Assembly: GCA_002633005.1 (NCBI GenBank)
Contig: NMRA01000997.1
Span: forward strand, 11,260-75,259
Direction: 5' to 3'
Source: Phoronis australis
Lineage: Eukaryota; Animalia; Phoronida
DNA: 64,000 nucleotides
Positions within the stretch are counted from its first letter, which is position 1; each line of letters begins with the position of its first letter. Under the pieces are notes generated by a model. The model searched no databases. It saw only the letters and a list, made by a program, of their open reading frames with translations, and had not been told where the DNA came from. Positions 1-12,200 of this stretch are shown here, piece by piece. A program made the position numbers and the translations under genes.

Positions 1-2501
1 ATTCTTTTGTCTAAAATTGTTCCTAAAGTTAAGTTGCAACAAAGCTGTTTTTCCAAAATCCTAATTCTGCCGGCGTTCGCTGGATATCATCGAAATAAAA
101 TGGATTTTTAACAGATACGATTTTGTTTTAAATTTTTTACATGCTTAAATTACAGGCATCTATTTACTTCAAACTCTAAATAAACTTCGCATTCTAAGAG
201 ATGGCCAGTTTTTGCAGGAGTTCGCACAAAATACATGTTCACAATCAATATAATTAAAACGCTGCCTTTTTGAAATATCAAAGCAAAAATCGACTGTCAA
301 TAAAAGTATAAAATGTCTGAAGCTATTAGTCGAGACAAATCTATTCAAGTCATTCTGGTGGAAATGTCGTTTTTTGAAATGTACGTTGATAGGCATTTCA
401 AAAGCATTTATCAAACTTCCTGTATTAAACTTTTGATAAAATTGCTTGAAACTGGCCTGGGATTTTCCATAACGTTCATCGTGAAGTTACGTTCAGTGTT
501 GATGAACACTTCTTACAAGTTCAACTAGACGTACGAGTCAAGTTACTAAATTATCGAAAGCAGAGTTCTACTAACAAAGAGCCTGGAAATGGAAGCTCAT
601 GGGTTTCTCAGCAAATAAGATTTTAAAATCAAGATAAAATACAGCATTAGTAGAAATTTCCTCGGTCATAAAACGGACATTTTTTGTATCTTCTCTGTAG
701 TATATGCTCCATTAGCCCAAACATTCGAAGCTGTGGCAATATCCGGACTTAGTAGGGACCTTTGGCAATTACAATTACCCTTTAGCTACGACGGCCCCTT
801 CCTAGGTCACCACTAGTCTGAGGCGTCCCAGCAGCAAGAAAACCGTGTCTCAATTGTCATTGCGCCTCATTGTCACTATCCAACGACTTCCGTTTGCGAC
901 ATCCGTTGTGACGACGAGACGAGGCTCCTGTTTCGTGCGAGGCCCTACTAAGCTGCAGTATTTTACACTAATGGATGGCCCATCATCCGGGCACCACAAA
1001 TTTTAAATAGCCTCTAGCTGTATGAACGAGATGAAGGTCCCTAATCAATGCAACTTGTCATGGTTAATCCGGCACTTAAGACAAATCTAAAATTTTACAC
1101 GATTTGTTCATTGAAACAAAGTATGGTCGAATCGGAAGTCTCGTTCACGACCTTTGTCCTGCCTATACTGCCTACTGAGACAAAGCTGTACACTACAGTC
1201 TTTCACAGTGCAACGAAAGGTAATTTTTAGCACAGGTGGCGCTGTGTCAGATTGTAAGTTGTACACAAGGAATCTTCTGGTTTGTGCACACAGCACCTTA
1301 TTCTCGTCTGTGGTAAAGGAAATTAATTGCAGGTTTGAAATAGAAGCTGAATCACAAATCTTTTTGTAATGATAGACAAACCGAGGTTTGCATTGTGGTA
1401 TTATTGCCCACGGTTGCCTAAAACCCGGTCTTGCTAAGCGGCCAGGGCACTGACATGAAAGTGATGAAGAAAGATTACCGAAAATAGGCTAATTATTTTC
1501 ATCGTCGTCAAGTTCATGATTTCTAATGTTTGCCTGTGACTTGACGACATTGGACCCTTCATGTATCTGTTTTTAGCTCATATCGGTAACGGAAGTTTTG
1601 CAATATAAGCACTGAAAATTGTGTTTTGTAATTGTGAGAACGTAACAATAACTTGATCATAAACCCCCCTTTCACATGTGCTGTTGCAATTAATTTGTGG
1701 TTAATTTTCTGTTCTGTCATGACTTTTAAAATTACCTTCTTGTTGATGATGTATTTTGTCCCTTCCGTTGTGTCCTAGAGATTTTCTCGGCTGAGGCATT
1801 GTCACGGATTGGCGGCCCGGCATACAGGGGCAGGAAGGCGACTAGTCAGGGGACGTGAATTTTAGTCAATATTGGTGACTGCATGCAGATGTTGGGATGA
1901 CCAACGGACTCGTTAGGGAAGCTCATGGAACTGTTAATGACTGCAAACTAGGAAGAACACCATTTTCATTAGTACCAGTCGACAATACGTACGCGTTTGG
2001 TTCTTTGTACGTGATCACTTCAATGTATTATCTTACTTAGATCCGGTCAGGCTTCCTCAAGCGGGTTTTTGACGTAAAACCTGACATTACGCTACTTGTA
2101 AATTTATAACATGAAAACAGTACCATGAGACCATTCCAGCTTTTAATAATTGGTTTTCTTCCTTGAGCTAACTCACGAACTGATGGTCTTGTCGCCTAAA
2201 GACGTACAATACAGGAACAGCGACCGTCAGAGGGCACTACCTGACGGCGATGCAATAACCCGGGAGAGCTTGATTTCTGAGATGTACATAATTATTAATT
2301 TTTAAATTTGATTGCAGTTATTTGCGTTGAAGCATCGGTAGCAAGCGGGTTGGCTCGAATTCCTGCTATGGTTATAGTTGGTACAATGAATCTCGCTTTC
2401 CTTGCACCTGCAAGGAGTTGTGTAGGCTATAACTCGATATCCGAGTACTTTCTTTGATCACACATTTGGAAAATCGCCAGAGCAATATGAGTCATTGCTA
2501 T
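1..2501. repeat. Segmental duplication: upstream/promoter region of TRIM copy 1, paralog of 57176-59661
   Basis: Collinear, near-identical sequence, e.g. attcttttgtctaaaa at 1 and 57176 and ...agcaatatgagtcattg at 2481 and 59641. ORF-track peptides 1048..1230 and 58232..58414 are nearly identical. Confidence 0.97.
2488..2494. promoter_or_regulatory. AP-1 consensus TGAGTCA in the ancestral TRIM proximal promoter (intact paralog site 59648-59654)
   Basis: Exact TGAGTCA in both paralogs. In copy 2 it is followed by TATA-like tatgaataaa and, ~30 bp later, the putative exon 1. Confidence 0.35.
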
Positions 2502-4552
2502 CATAGATTACAGACAACAGATTCGCAACTCCGGCATTTTCATAAGTGTTGGCTGAACTCTCATGACCTTTCTAGTACAGTTTCCAGTTATTGTATTTTG
2601 ACGAGAAATATTTGCATCTACTTTATTGTCCAAAACAACGAAAAAATTATTAATTTAGGCATTGAAACGCTTTTCAAAGTCTTTCAATAGTAGAAGTGTT
2701 GGTATTGTGAGTACCTTTGGCAATGCTACTGGTAATTAATTACAAAATTGAAACTTCGGTGCCGACTGATTATGTCGTCTGCTTGCCTAATAGCAGCATT
2801 GTTATCGGACAGCTTTTGATTTATGGTTCACATAGACCTACTGAGAAAACTACGAAAGCACGTTTATAAATCAACATTCTCAAGTGAGCAGTTCTTCTGG
2901 GAAGTGTTGAGTGGCCCTTAAAAATGCCGTTGGTTGTAGATATAGCGTGAAATGGTTCTTGAAAGAATCGTTGAATAATTCAACATAAATCACACAGTAT
3001 ACCGTGCTCACTCATGAAGGTCCTCTTCATTCAAGTTTTCATCTGGGAAGGTTGGATGAAAACGGAGGAGATGGCAATATCGATGACAGTTGTATCACCT
3101 TATATAAATGTTTCCGTTCTCCAACGTTATCACGAACCCTGCCTTTTTCAGTTCTTGTTCCTGGATTCAGAAATAACCCTGAACCATGGGAAAAAAGACA
3201 TGCAACGAAAACGAATCAAATTTTGAAAATCATCGCCTTCGTACGATTCCGTGTTGCTGTCGCCAGACTGATGTTCCTTCCCAACATCAATGTCGAAAAT
3301 CGACGTTACAAGTGATGAAAACTTGTGTTCTTTGTTTCTAACTTTTAACCTATTTTTTAAGAAAGGGGTGTACTGATTTTGTCTAAAGTTGATAGAGCAT
3401 AACTTTTGGTTTTTACAATGCGTTAATTGTGTCGAGTGCATTCATATTAGGTGGCTTCATTCAGTTGAACAGAAAATAAATTAAATGTAACACAATAAAG
3501 TTTTGAAAATAAATAGAACAGCAACAGGACTCCCTAAAAATCGAGCCGTTTTCGAAAACTTTGCGCCATTGGTGATCTGATTGGTTCATGCAATTACGGC
3601 GGGAAAATAATAGACCAAGTGTCGTGCACGTGTGCACTGTAGCAACACTTTGTATCTTATTCTTATTTGGCCAATCTGTTGATACAGTAAATTTCATTAT
3701 TTATGCCCATCCTGATTTGACTGCAACTTGAGCGTGTTGGGCCATATCATATATTGGGTTGGCATTAGGACCCACATGATGCTTACTCGATGGGCTTCAT
3801 TTTACCAAGTATTTCAAATTGAGGTGAAGTAAATAAACAAAGTGGGTAATTATCATCACCAGAATTTCATCATTAGTATCTTTTGCCGGGTTCTCAAATT
3901 TTCTGAGACAAGGGATTGTCAGATTTGTAAGGTAGAAGTGTTTCGCTGGATTCCCCGGTCTGTGGCGTTATTTATAGCGGACCAAAATTAAAAAAAACAG
4001 ACCTTTGTTTAAATCAGGAGCTGCATGATACACATTTATTAGACATGCGCAAGCATTGCACTTATCACTTGGAACCATTTTTATGGTTTATTAATATATA
4101 GCTAAACCAAGCTGAGGAGCTTGAAACCTGATTCACGGCAATTTTTGGCAGTGGGATTTTCTGAAAAATGCTCATAAGTTGACAACAAAGTTTGATAGCA
4201 ATGCACTGCAATTTTGTAGAAACTCTGTCACAGGTTACAGATTCGTCAAAGAGCGTAAATTTGATGAATTCTAGCTTATGATTTCACCTGTTTCGGAGAC
4301 CGGGTTTCAACCACTTTTGGGCTATAATAAGGGACCTCTTCCTGGCCGCTTATTAGGGCGAATACGGTAATATTTCAGAAGGGCAATACTTAGTATCCTT
4401 TATGCACGGGACCCTTTTGTTACATTAGGAGTGGGATTGGCTCTTTATGTACCCTACAGGTGGCATAGGACTTAACAAAACTGGTTGAAGAATTTTGTTT
4501 TCGTCATAAACGTTTGTTTCAATGGCTTAAGTTTGGAAGAGTTAAGACTTAA

Positions 4553-5770
4553 AAGGGGACTGTAGTCAAAATAATGTTGCAGTTAATCGGTTCTAACATA
4601 CAAATAAAACTCGCATTTGCCTGACTTGCGTGCCAAACTAAAGCCAATTCGAATTCATGGTCAAAACACTGAATTCTGAAAGCGATCGCTGATTGGCTGA
4701 TGTGTCAGTGACGTGAACGGCGGGGTATCGGCTGCTTTACACATTCATTGCTTATGTCATATTTGAAGAGTTTACATCGTAATTTATCATTGTATCAATC
4801 GTCCTTATTTTTTATTGTTTGCCACAGTGCTGTAAAAGGTTCGCTATGCCTTTTTGTATGGCACCTGGTTGCTCAAACTCTTCGAAAAAGGCGTCTTCTA
4901 AAGGAATGGTCATCGCATACCATCGCCGGGTTACCCAAGCCTTGGCCCAAAGCTCAGTGTANNNNNNNNNNNNNNNNNNNNNNNNNNNNNNNNNNNNNNN
5001 NNNNNNNNNNNNNNNNNNNNNNNNNNNNNNNNNNNNNNNNNNNNNNNNNNNNNNNNNNNNNNNNNNNNNNNNNNNNNNNNNNNNNNNNNNNNNNNNNNNN
5101 NNNNNNNNNNNNNNNNNNNNNNNNNNNNNNNNNNNNNNNNNNNNNNNNNNNNNNNNNNNNNNNNNNNNNNNNNNNNNNNNNNATATGTTGATGTAGCCTA
5201 AGTTTTACGACGAGGTGACGAGCATAACTGAGTCAACTATACCCGGGTAGTCAACGGCTGTCTGAAATTTCGGGGTTAACGGAGCTCAACACACAGTGGT
5301 ACGATAGTCTTCATACAGCTACAGTAGGGAACTTACCAACCCTTCAAGTTTACAGAGCTGCCGGAGTATTGGCTGACAGCTGGCTGACTGGATGGCTAGC
5401 GTCCACATTGCCCTCGGCACAGTCACTGACACCAGTTGCACCGGCAAATTTTCGTCTGACGATGACGATGACTGGGTATCACTTTGTGTTGCCTCGGCTC
5501 AAACAGGTATCCCTGGTGACCCGACATTTCACACTAAAATTTCTTATTCCGACAATATGAAAAACGCTAGTTGGTTGCACGCTAACACAGGACAGTGACT
5601 TTGCCTCCGCCAAATACCTCACGAGACTAAGCAGCGCTCCAAGCCGGTAATTTTTTTTAGCTTCGTTAGAGAATATAAGTTTAATTTTTGGTGTTGAATT
5701 ATTTGTGAAATTAATCAATAATTCATAGAAAACTATCCAGAATTTATTCAGAATAAATTACAGTTCCCTT
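4553..5770 (+). mobile_element. Kolobok internal-deletion derivative (THAP start on +, KolX-like start on -)
   Basis: TTAA on both sides and TIRs AAGGGGACTGTA / TACAGTTCCCTT. THAP-like start MPFCMAPGCSNS at 4846. Convergent ORF start MSGHQGYLFEP (ATG 5527, - strand) has a KolX-type YxFEP motif. Contains an N gap. Confidence 0.75.
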
Positions 5771-6299
5771 TTAAGGCGGAAATTTAAAAACCATTTGTCC
5801 GCTTACAGAAATTTAACATTGAAGAATAAAAATAACCTTCACACCCTTCTGGTGTTCCTGTTCCATGTTTTCAAGGAAGTTGGTTGCATTTTCATAGACT
5901 ACAGATTTGTGCGGCATATATTGTGTAACCTGCTGGTGAACTGCAAGATAGAGTTTGACTGGTCCAGTTGGTTATTTCTGAAGTGTTAATGTAATCTTTA
6001 TTTGTGTTTAAGGTTTTACCAGCGTTCTATTTATTTGTACACGAATGTGCATTTGTTGAAATCCCTGATCCAAATCCAGGCCAAATGTGCGCATTCTGCT
6101 GAGACCAACCGTCTGATCAGGGCCAGCGAAGAGTAATTTGGTTGATTCGCTCACTAGACTATGACTGAAGTTCCTCGTACGTAAGGAAAGGAGTCACTAC
6201 CTTTGGAAGAAATTAAGCGGACACTTTTCGTCAAAAAGTTTACCAGAGAGTTTTCATCAAAACGGAGAAAATATAAATGGATTTGTGAGGACAGGATTA

Positions 6300-7315
6300 A
6301 GTAGTAGACTATTAGAGCCTCTTAAAAAACATTCATCTTCGAAGTGCCTTGAACAAATGTATGAAGTCTTATTGCTAAAATAACTTCCATTCACGTTGAC
6401 ACAAGAAGTAAGCTTTTCTTCCCACAGCCGATTATGGGGTGTTCGGATGGTGTGGAAGCTAATTCCTTTGCATTTCGGGTGTGTGGCCACACAGTAGCCG
6501 ACCAGCAGAATGGTGAATGTTGGCCAAATCCCCTTTTGTCCACTGACGTCACAAGCATGCTGGCGCCCCCAAATGGAGGTTAGGAGACTTTGCACTGGTA
6601 GCCTGCCCTTGTAGAATCTGAAGTTTGTTTACACAACTGGTAACTCGACTCAGGGTGATGACTGACATCATTTGTATGAAACAAAGATACTCTGTACCGA
6701 TACATTTGCTTGTATGCCAGGCCACGGACAGTACTGTTCTTGAATGGAATTATTTACGGATTTTTAGGCCAACCTTTGGCAAATGCGACTCGATTTAGGA
6801 TGAACAAAAGATACCATTTTGGTCGACATAACTTTCAATATTTTAATATGAAAAACAAAATAACCCGGAATGCTCGGCCGCATTCAACTCACTGGCAGCA
6901 GACGTCTTATCACTGCCGTAAATCATGAGAAGCTCAAACGTAAGTTTTACACAACCTCTGCATACTAAGTATCGTGGCCATTCGCAGTAGGCCCCAGTAC
7001 CCGCGGGCGCAGGACTCAGTTCAGACACTCAACTGAGCAAAATTATTTATCATGCTGCAGCCTCAGAATTCACTATGTAACATACCACAAAAACGTTCTT
7101 AATTCTTAGATTTTGAGGATTGACGAAAGTCACGATACATAGAATTATCCAAATCTGTGACTCGTCTGATGCTACTTGGTCCGCACTGATAGGCTAAATC
7201 AGTGGTTAACTCGGTTTACGAGTTCTCATGGCCTCCACTGGGGGCGCCAGCGTGCGTGTGACGTCAGTGGACAAAACGGGATTTGGCCAACATTCACCAT
7301 TCTGCAGCCGACTAT
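6300..7315 (-). pseudogene. THAP domain (N-terminus of P-type transposase) interrupted at its first codons by a MITE
   Basis: Removing the MITE restores ATG GTC GGC TAC TGT GTG GCC = MVGYCVA...C..ISFH...W...ICSRHFEDECF, matching the C2CH THAP signature. Confidence 0.8.
6505..7305. mobile_element. MULE-type MITE
   Basis: ~75-bp TIRs beginning GCAGAATGGTGAATGTTGGCCAAATCCC. 9-bp TSD agccgacca (6496-6504) / agccgacta (7306-7314). Confidence 0.85.
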
Positions 7316-7599
7316 GATTAGCAGACGACGTACTTGCCGGAAATTGCACCAGAAAATTTAGCCAGGTGTCGCCAGTGAATAATGACGTAAGGGCTTATGC
7401 GTAAGATCACATATTTCGTCCATTGAAAGTATACGGAGTTGGCGGTTCATGTACTATAGTCTATGTTGCTATGAATAAACGCGCGGCAAAAGGTACCCGC
7501 TCATCCAAAACATTTACGGCAAACAGATGGCGCTGGATGCAATGATGCTTTACTAACAGGCAGCGCTGCTTACAGTCATGTGACATTCTTGTGTGAACT

Positions 7600-8387
7600 G
7601 AATCTTGACCCAGCACCTTGACCTACATTCTACAGCTGCTGACGTCACATTGCCGTTGTGACAACGTGACATGATGAACTCAGTGCTTCACTCTTTGTTT
7701 ATACCGTAAGTTGTTATTAATCATGGCCACCAACATGTTCATAGTGCATGGTTCAGTTCGTTAAATAGATACTATATCAGTTGAAACCACTTTCTTTTGC
7801 CTTAGTGTTGATAGAACATAAAATATTACAGACGTTTCTACTTGGTGAACCTTCAGCTGCCGTGCCGTGCCGTGCCGTGCCGTGCCACGGCCAGTCCGGT
7901 CTGCTGGGCTCAGTGTTGTTGCCGGCTAACGAGACACTGAACGAGAAAATATCGCAAGAGAATAAAACCTAACATGTATATCACCATGTATAATTCAAGC
8001 ATAATTTAAAAAATGTAGTGGTTATATTTCAACCTAATTAAAATTATGGTTGTGAAGTTGCCAAAATCTCGCCGGGCGGAAAAGTGGCCGGGCCCGGTTT
8101 AGTAGCCTCACCATGGACATGGTCACGTTAATTGAATATATATTTTACCCCAGCGTTTAGGCCGAGCAACCACAACAGCGTATATTATTAACACTTTCAT
8201 CTTAATTATATGTTATAAATAGTTGTTACAAATGGGATTTTAAACATGGAATGTCGGACACAAAGATTTCTTTTCCACACAAATTCGCCACTCATCAGGA
8301 CATACACTGTCTGGTTCATGAACTCTCGTGACCTGTGGTTACAGTCAGCAGCAGCAGAATGTAGGTCAAGGTTCTTGGTTAAGATTC
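7600..8387. mobile_element. MITE-like element with ~45-bp inverted repeats
   Basis: gaatcttgacccagcaccttgacctacattct (7600) matches the reverse complement of agaatgtaggtcaaggttcttggttaagattc (ends 8387). Contains a (gccgt)n run at ~7858-7886. Confidence 0.55.
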
Positions 8388-9299
8388 TCTGGCAGACAGT
8401 CTTNNNNNNNNNNNNNNNNNNNNNNNNNNNNNNNNNNNNNNNNNNNNNNNNNNNNNNNNNNNNNNNNNNNNNNNNNNNNNNNNNNNNNNNNNNNNNNNNN
8501 NNNNNNNNNNNNNNNNNNNNNNNNNNNNNNNNNNNNNNNNNNNNNNNNNNNNNNNNNNNNNNNNNNNNNNNNNNNNNNNNNNNNNNNNNNNNNNNNNNNN
8601 NNNNNNNNNNNNNNNNNNNNNNNNNNNNNNNNNNNNNNNNNNNNNNNNNNNNNNNNNNNNNNNNNNNNNNNNNNNNNNNNNNNNNNNNNNNNNNNNNNNN
8701 NNNNNNNNNNNNNNNNNNNNNNNNNNNNNNNNNNNNNNNNNNNNNNNNNNNNNNNNNNNNNNNNNNNNNNNNNNNNNNNNNNNNNNNNNNNNNNNNNNNN
8801 NNNNNNNNNNNNNNNNNNNNNNNNNNNNNNNNNNNNNNNNNNNNNNNNNNNNNNNNNNNNNNNNNNNNNNNNNNNNNNNNNNNNNNNNNNNNNNNNNNNN
8901 NNNNNNNNNNNNNNNNNNNNNNNNNNNNNNNNNNNNNNNNNNNNNNNNNNNNNNNNNNNNNNNNNNNNNNNNNNNNNNNNNNNNNNNNNNNNNNNNNNNN
9001 NNNNNNNNNNNNNNNNNNNNNNNNNNNNNNNNNNNNNNNNNNNNNNNNNNNNNNNNNNNNNNNNNNNNNNNNNNNNNNNNNNNNNNNNNNNNNNNNNNNN
9101 NNNNNNNNNNNNNNNNNNNNNNNNNNNNNNNNNNNNNNNNNNNNNNNNNNNNNNNNNNNNNNNNNNNNNNNNNNNNNNNNNNNNNNNNNNNNNNNNNNNN
9201 NNNNNNNNNNNNNNNNNNNNNNNNNNNNNNNNNNNNNNNNNNNNNNNNNNNNNNNNNNNNNNNNNAATCTTAGAAATTCAGAGCGTATGTCCATGACTC

Positions 9300-12200
9300 A
9301 CTCAACATCTAATTGGCTAACAAAAATATCTTAGAAGTTATCATCAAAGTGCAATTCACCCATAATTAATGTTGATGTATGCATTGAAAGTGTGAGACCC
9401 AACAAATTATTTTCCTAGGAAGAAAATATTTTTCACAAAGTTGATCAAAATATTCTCTGATTATAAACCCACTGTCCATCAAAATGGAATTGATTGAGTC
9501 ACAGCTACTAGTATGTGACTTGCATTCAATTTGTTCCTTTTGTATGCATAGCTTTCTTTACTCCATGTTACTTCTTGCAGTCTTCTTGTCTCAATGTACC
9601 CACTTGTAGCTCAGTGCAAACCGATTCTGCCTTCTGGAACATAACACTCATGGACGGCGCACCATAGGGGGCTGGGGGGGAGGCTATAGCCCCCACTTTT
9701 TTCAGTGCTCCGACGCCCATGGTCTATTTGTGGTGTACCACAGGGGGGGCTGGGGGGCTGCGCTGCCCATGACACATATGACAGTTTGTCTTTGATTCTG
9801 CAAACATTGACCATCATGATTTTAAATGGTTGTCTTTTATATTTTGAAACTTTAATGTTTTATTTTGTGATATTATTTTAAGGATGAGTCCTCATGCAGC
9901 GGATAAGCTTGCATAATAATAGCATTATTTTGCTTTCTCATCAGATCACTGTCAAGCTTCAGCAGAGTTTATTCATGAAGACCATGTTTATTTTCAGTGT
10001 TGTTGCCTTACTCGAAGGAAGTAAGCAGTAAGAATTTCGTCCTGATGTGCCACCACTGCGTTAATGTAGGATACCCAGCCGTACCAGGCCTCTTCCCTGT
10101 GAAAGTCACAAAGACAGATCTCTGCACACACATAGAGAAAGTTAACAAGTATGTAGTTCGAGGGACTTTACAACTCATGTTTGGTGTTACAAATGATTTT
10201 TTTGTTCATGGACTTTTTGCTGTGAAATAAGTCTTTCACCTTACTAGAGCTTTAGAAAGGATATCTTATACAGTAAACGAGAGTGGTCTTTGAAATTGTA
10301 GTAAGATTTGTTGCAGATACGAATGTTAAATCTGTGCTCTCTAACAAACATGCATGTATATTCGCTGGCTGTAACAAGTGACATGCTTGAAAAAAGAACA
10401 GAAAAAGTAAAATTTGGACCACCCCCACCAATGCCTAGTTAGGTTTTTTGGTAATTTTTAAGAGTCCAAATTAGGAAATACGAGTGCAAATTTTCAAATA
10501 TAAGTCAGATTTTAAAGGGAACTGTTTCTCCTGTATGGTGCGCTGGATTGTCATTTCATCAGAAAAGCAACATGTATGGTTTCTAGTAATAACAAAGTTT
10601 CAGATTTCCCAAGCTTAGTAGTTTAATTAAAATTCTGACATTGTGAGGAAGAAGCAGCAAGTGGTTTAATTTTCAGTTTGTACCTTCGAACCTAAGGGGG
10701 TTTATGCAATGCCTAAGATTGGCGGTGAAATCTATATATCGTATACAGAAAACAGCAGTGTGTTGTTACCAAGCTGTTTAACGGAAAATGTTGAATGCTA
10801 TAGGCATTAAATTGAGGATCTTACAAAACATTTACCAGTTCAGTAATGTCATTACTACTGTGTAAAGTAAGTAAGTACCTGAAAACACATTTACACAGTT
10901 TTAATTGCTGAAGTTTCTATTTCAGATGCATCAACCACAAAACATCTTGGATCCCATTCTTCATTGTGCTGTCTCAGGACCAATAGAGCCTTCTGCAAGG
11001 ATGCAATATTTTCATTTTCGAGTACCAGCCATCACTTCATATCCAGCATTTGTCGTGACACATACTAAAAACAGAGGATGGGCTTACAAAGTAGTCTGGT
11101 GTCTATAATAGAATTATTGAAATGTAGTAGGGTGTAAAATTCGTAAGTCTTAATTATTGATGACATTTGCCATATGGTGTGCTTAAAGGTTATGTAGTAC
11201 TTAATCGACAAGTCTGTACATTAAGTCACACATTTAGGAAACTGTAGAATTTTACTTCGTGTTGTATAACATAATGTTCAAGATGAATCTCAAAAATGCT
11301 GTTACAGTTTGCTAAATTACCGTCTCATTTTTGTTTTATGCAATGTAAAAAATTCATGAAATTTATGCAATTCCTACTTTCTGGTTGGCCCTCACGCCAA
11401 TGTGGAACATTTAAAAAAAAAAAAACATTTCTAACAGCATGTTGGAAATTAGTTTATAGCATATATTCTGTGAAATTTTCACGTGAATCCAATCAGCATC
11501 TTGTAAGATGTCCCAAAGATGGACAAAATTGGACATTTTGATAGGGTCCTACATAACCAAAATGCTTTATGATTATTACGTATTAAGCATCATTAACATT
11601 ACCTCTGACAATTATGTCTTGCAGTGCTTGATTTAGTGAACAACAGATTGTGTTTGATCACCTGGTAAAAATCCCAAGTCGCCATGAAGTCACCACTGCG
11701 AGTATCAAAGTCAGACAATAATTCCCTCGAAATTTGTTTCAAAGTTTGTGTTGACTCCCAAATTTTAAGTTACAAAAAGTTTTCTTATATTTGATACCTT
11801 TGTTTACAATTGTTTTGTTTATTTTATGAAATCGGTGCATTTGCCACCACAGCAGTCAGCACTTGTCAAACTTGCATTAAAATTACATCAGGAAGTACAC
11901 AGGTGGAAGTTGGCGATAATCATGCATGATGAGTGAAACTAGCGCCTACAGTGTATATGATCACCTACATTCTGGGTATGCGACATAAGTTCTCAATAAC
12001 GGAGTATAGCATAACCTTTTTAGCCAACTATTCTGATGACAAACATCAGTTTTCGACGACGTCAGATTTCCTTTGGCGACCTGGAATTTTCAGCAAGTAG
12101 CCAAATGTGACTTGGCTTCAAGCTAAGTGTTGAGCATCGTCTTACAATGCCGTCAATATCCCAAGATTGGTTAAGTGTGATCATTTTTGCAAACCTAAAA

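Larger units (their letters stand above)
2502..7465 (-). mobile_element. P-element-like DNA transposon (non-autonomous, THAP remnant) with nested insertions
   Basis: Termini CATAGATTACAG... and ...CTATAGTCTATG form ~40-bp imperfect TIRs. A 7-bp TSD ttgctat lies at 2495-2501 and 7466-7472, and the paralog has an empty site (ttgatat) at 59655-59661. CA..TG ends, a 7-8 bp TSD and THAP fit the P superfamily. Confidence 0.8.

Noticed and set aside
8206-9334. Long ORFs (322-362 aa) in the track, also 4748-5196
   Set aside because: They are read-through of N gaps.
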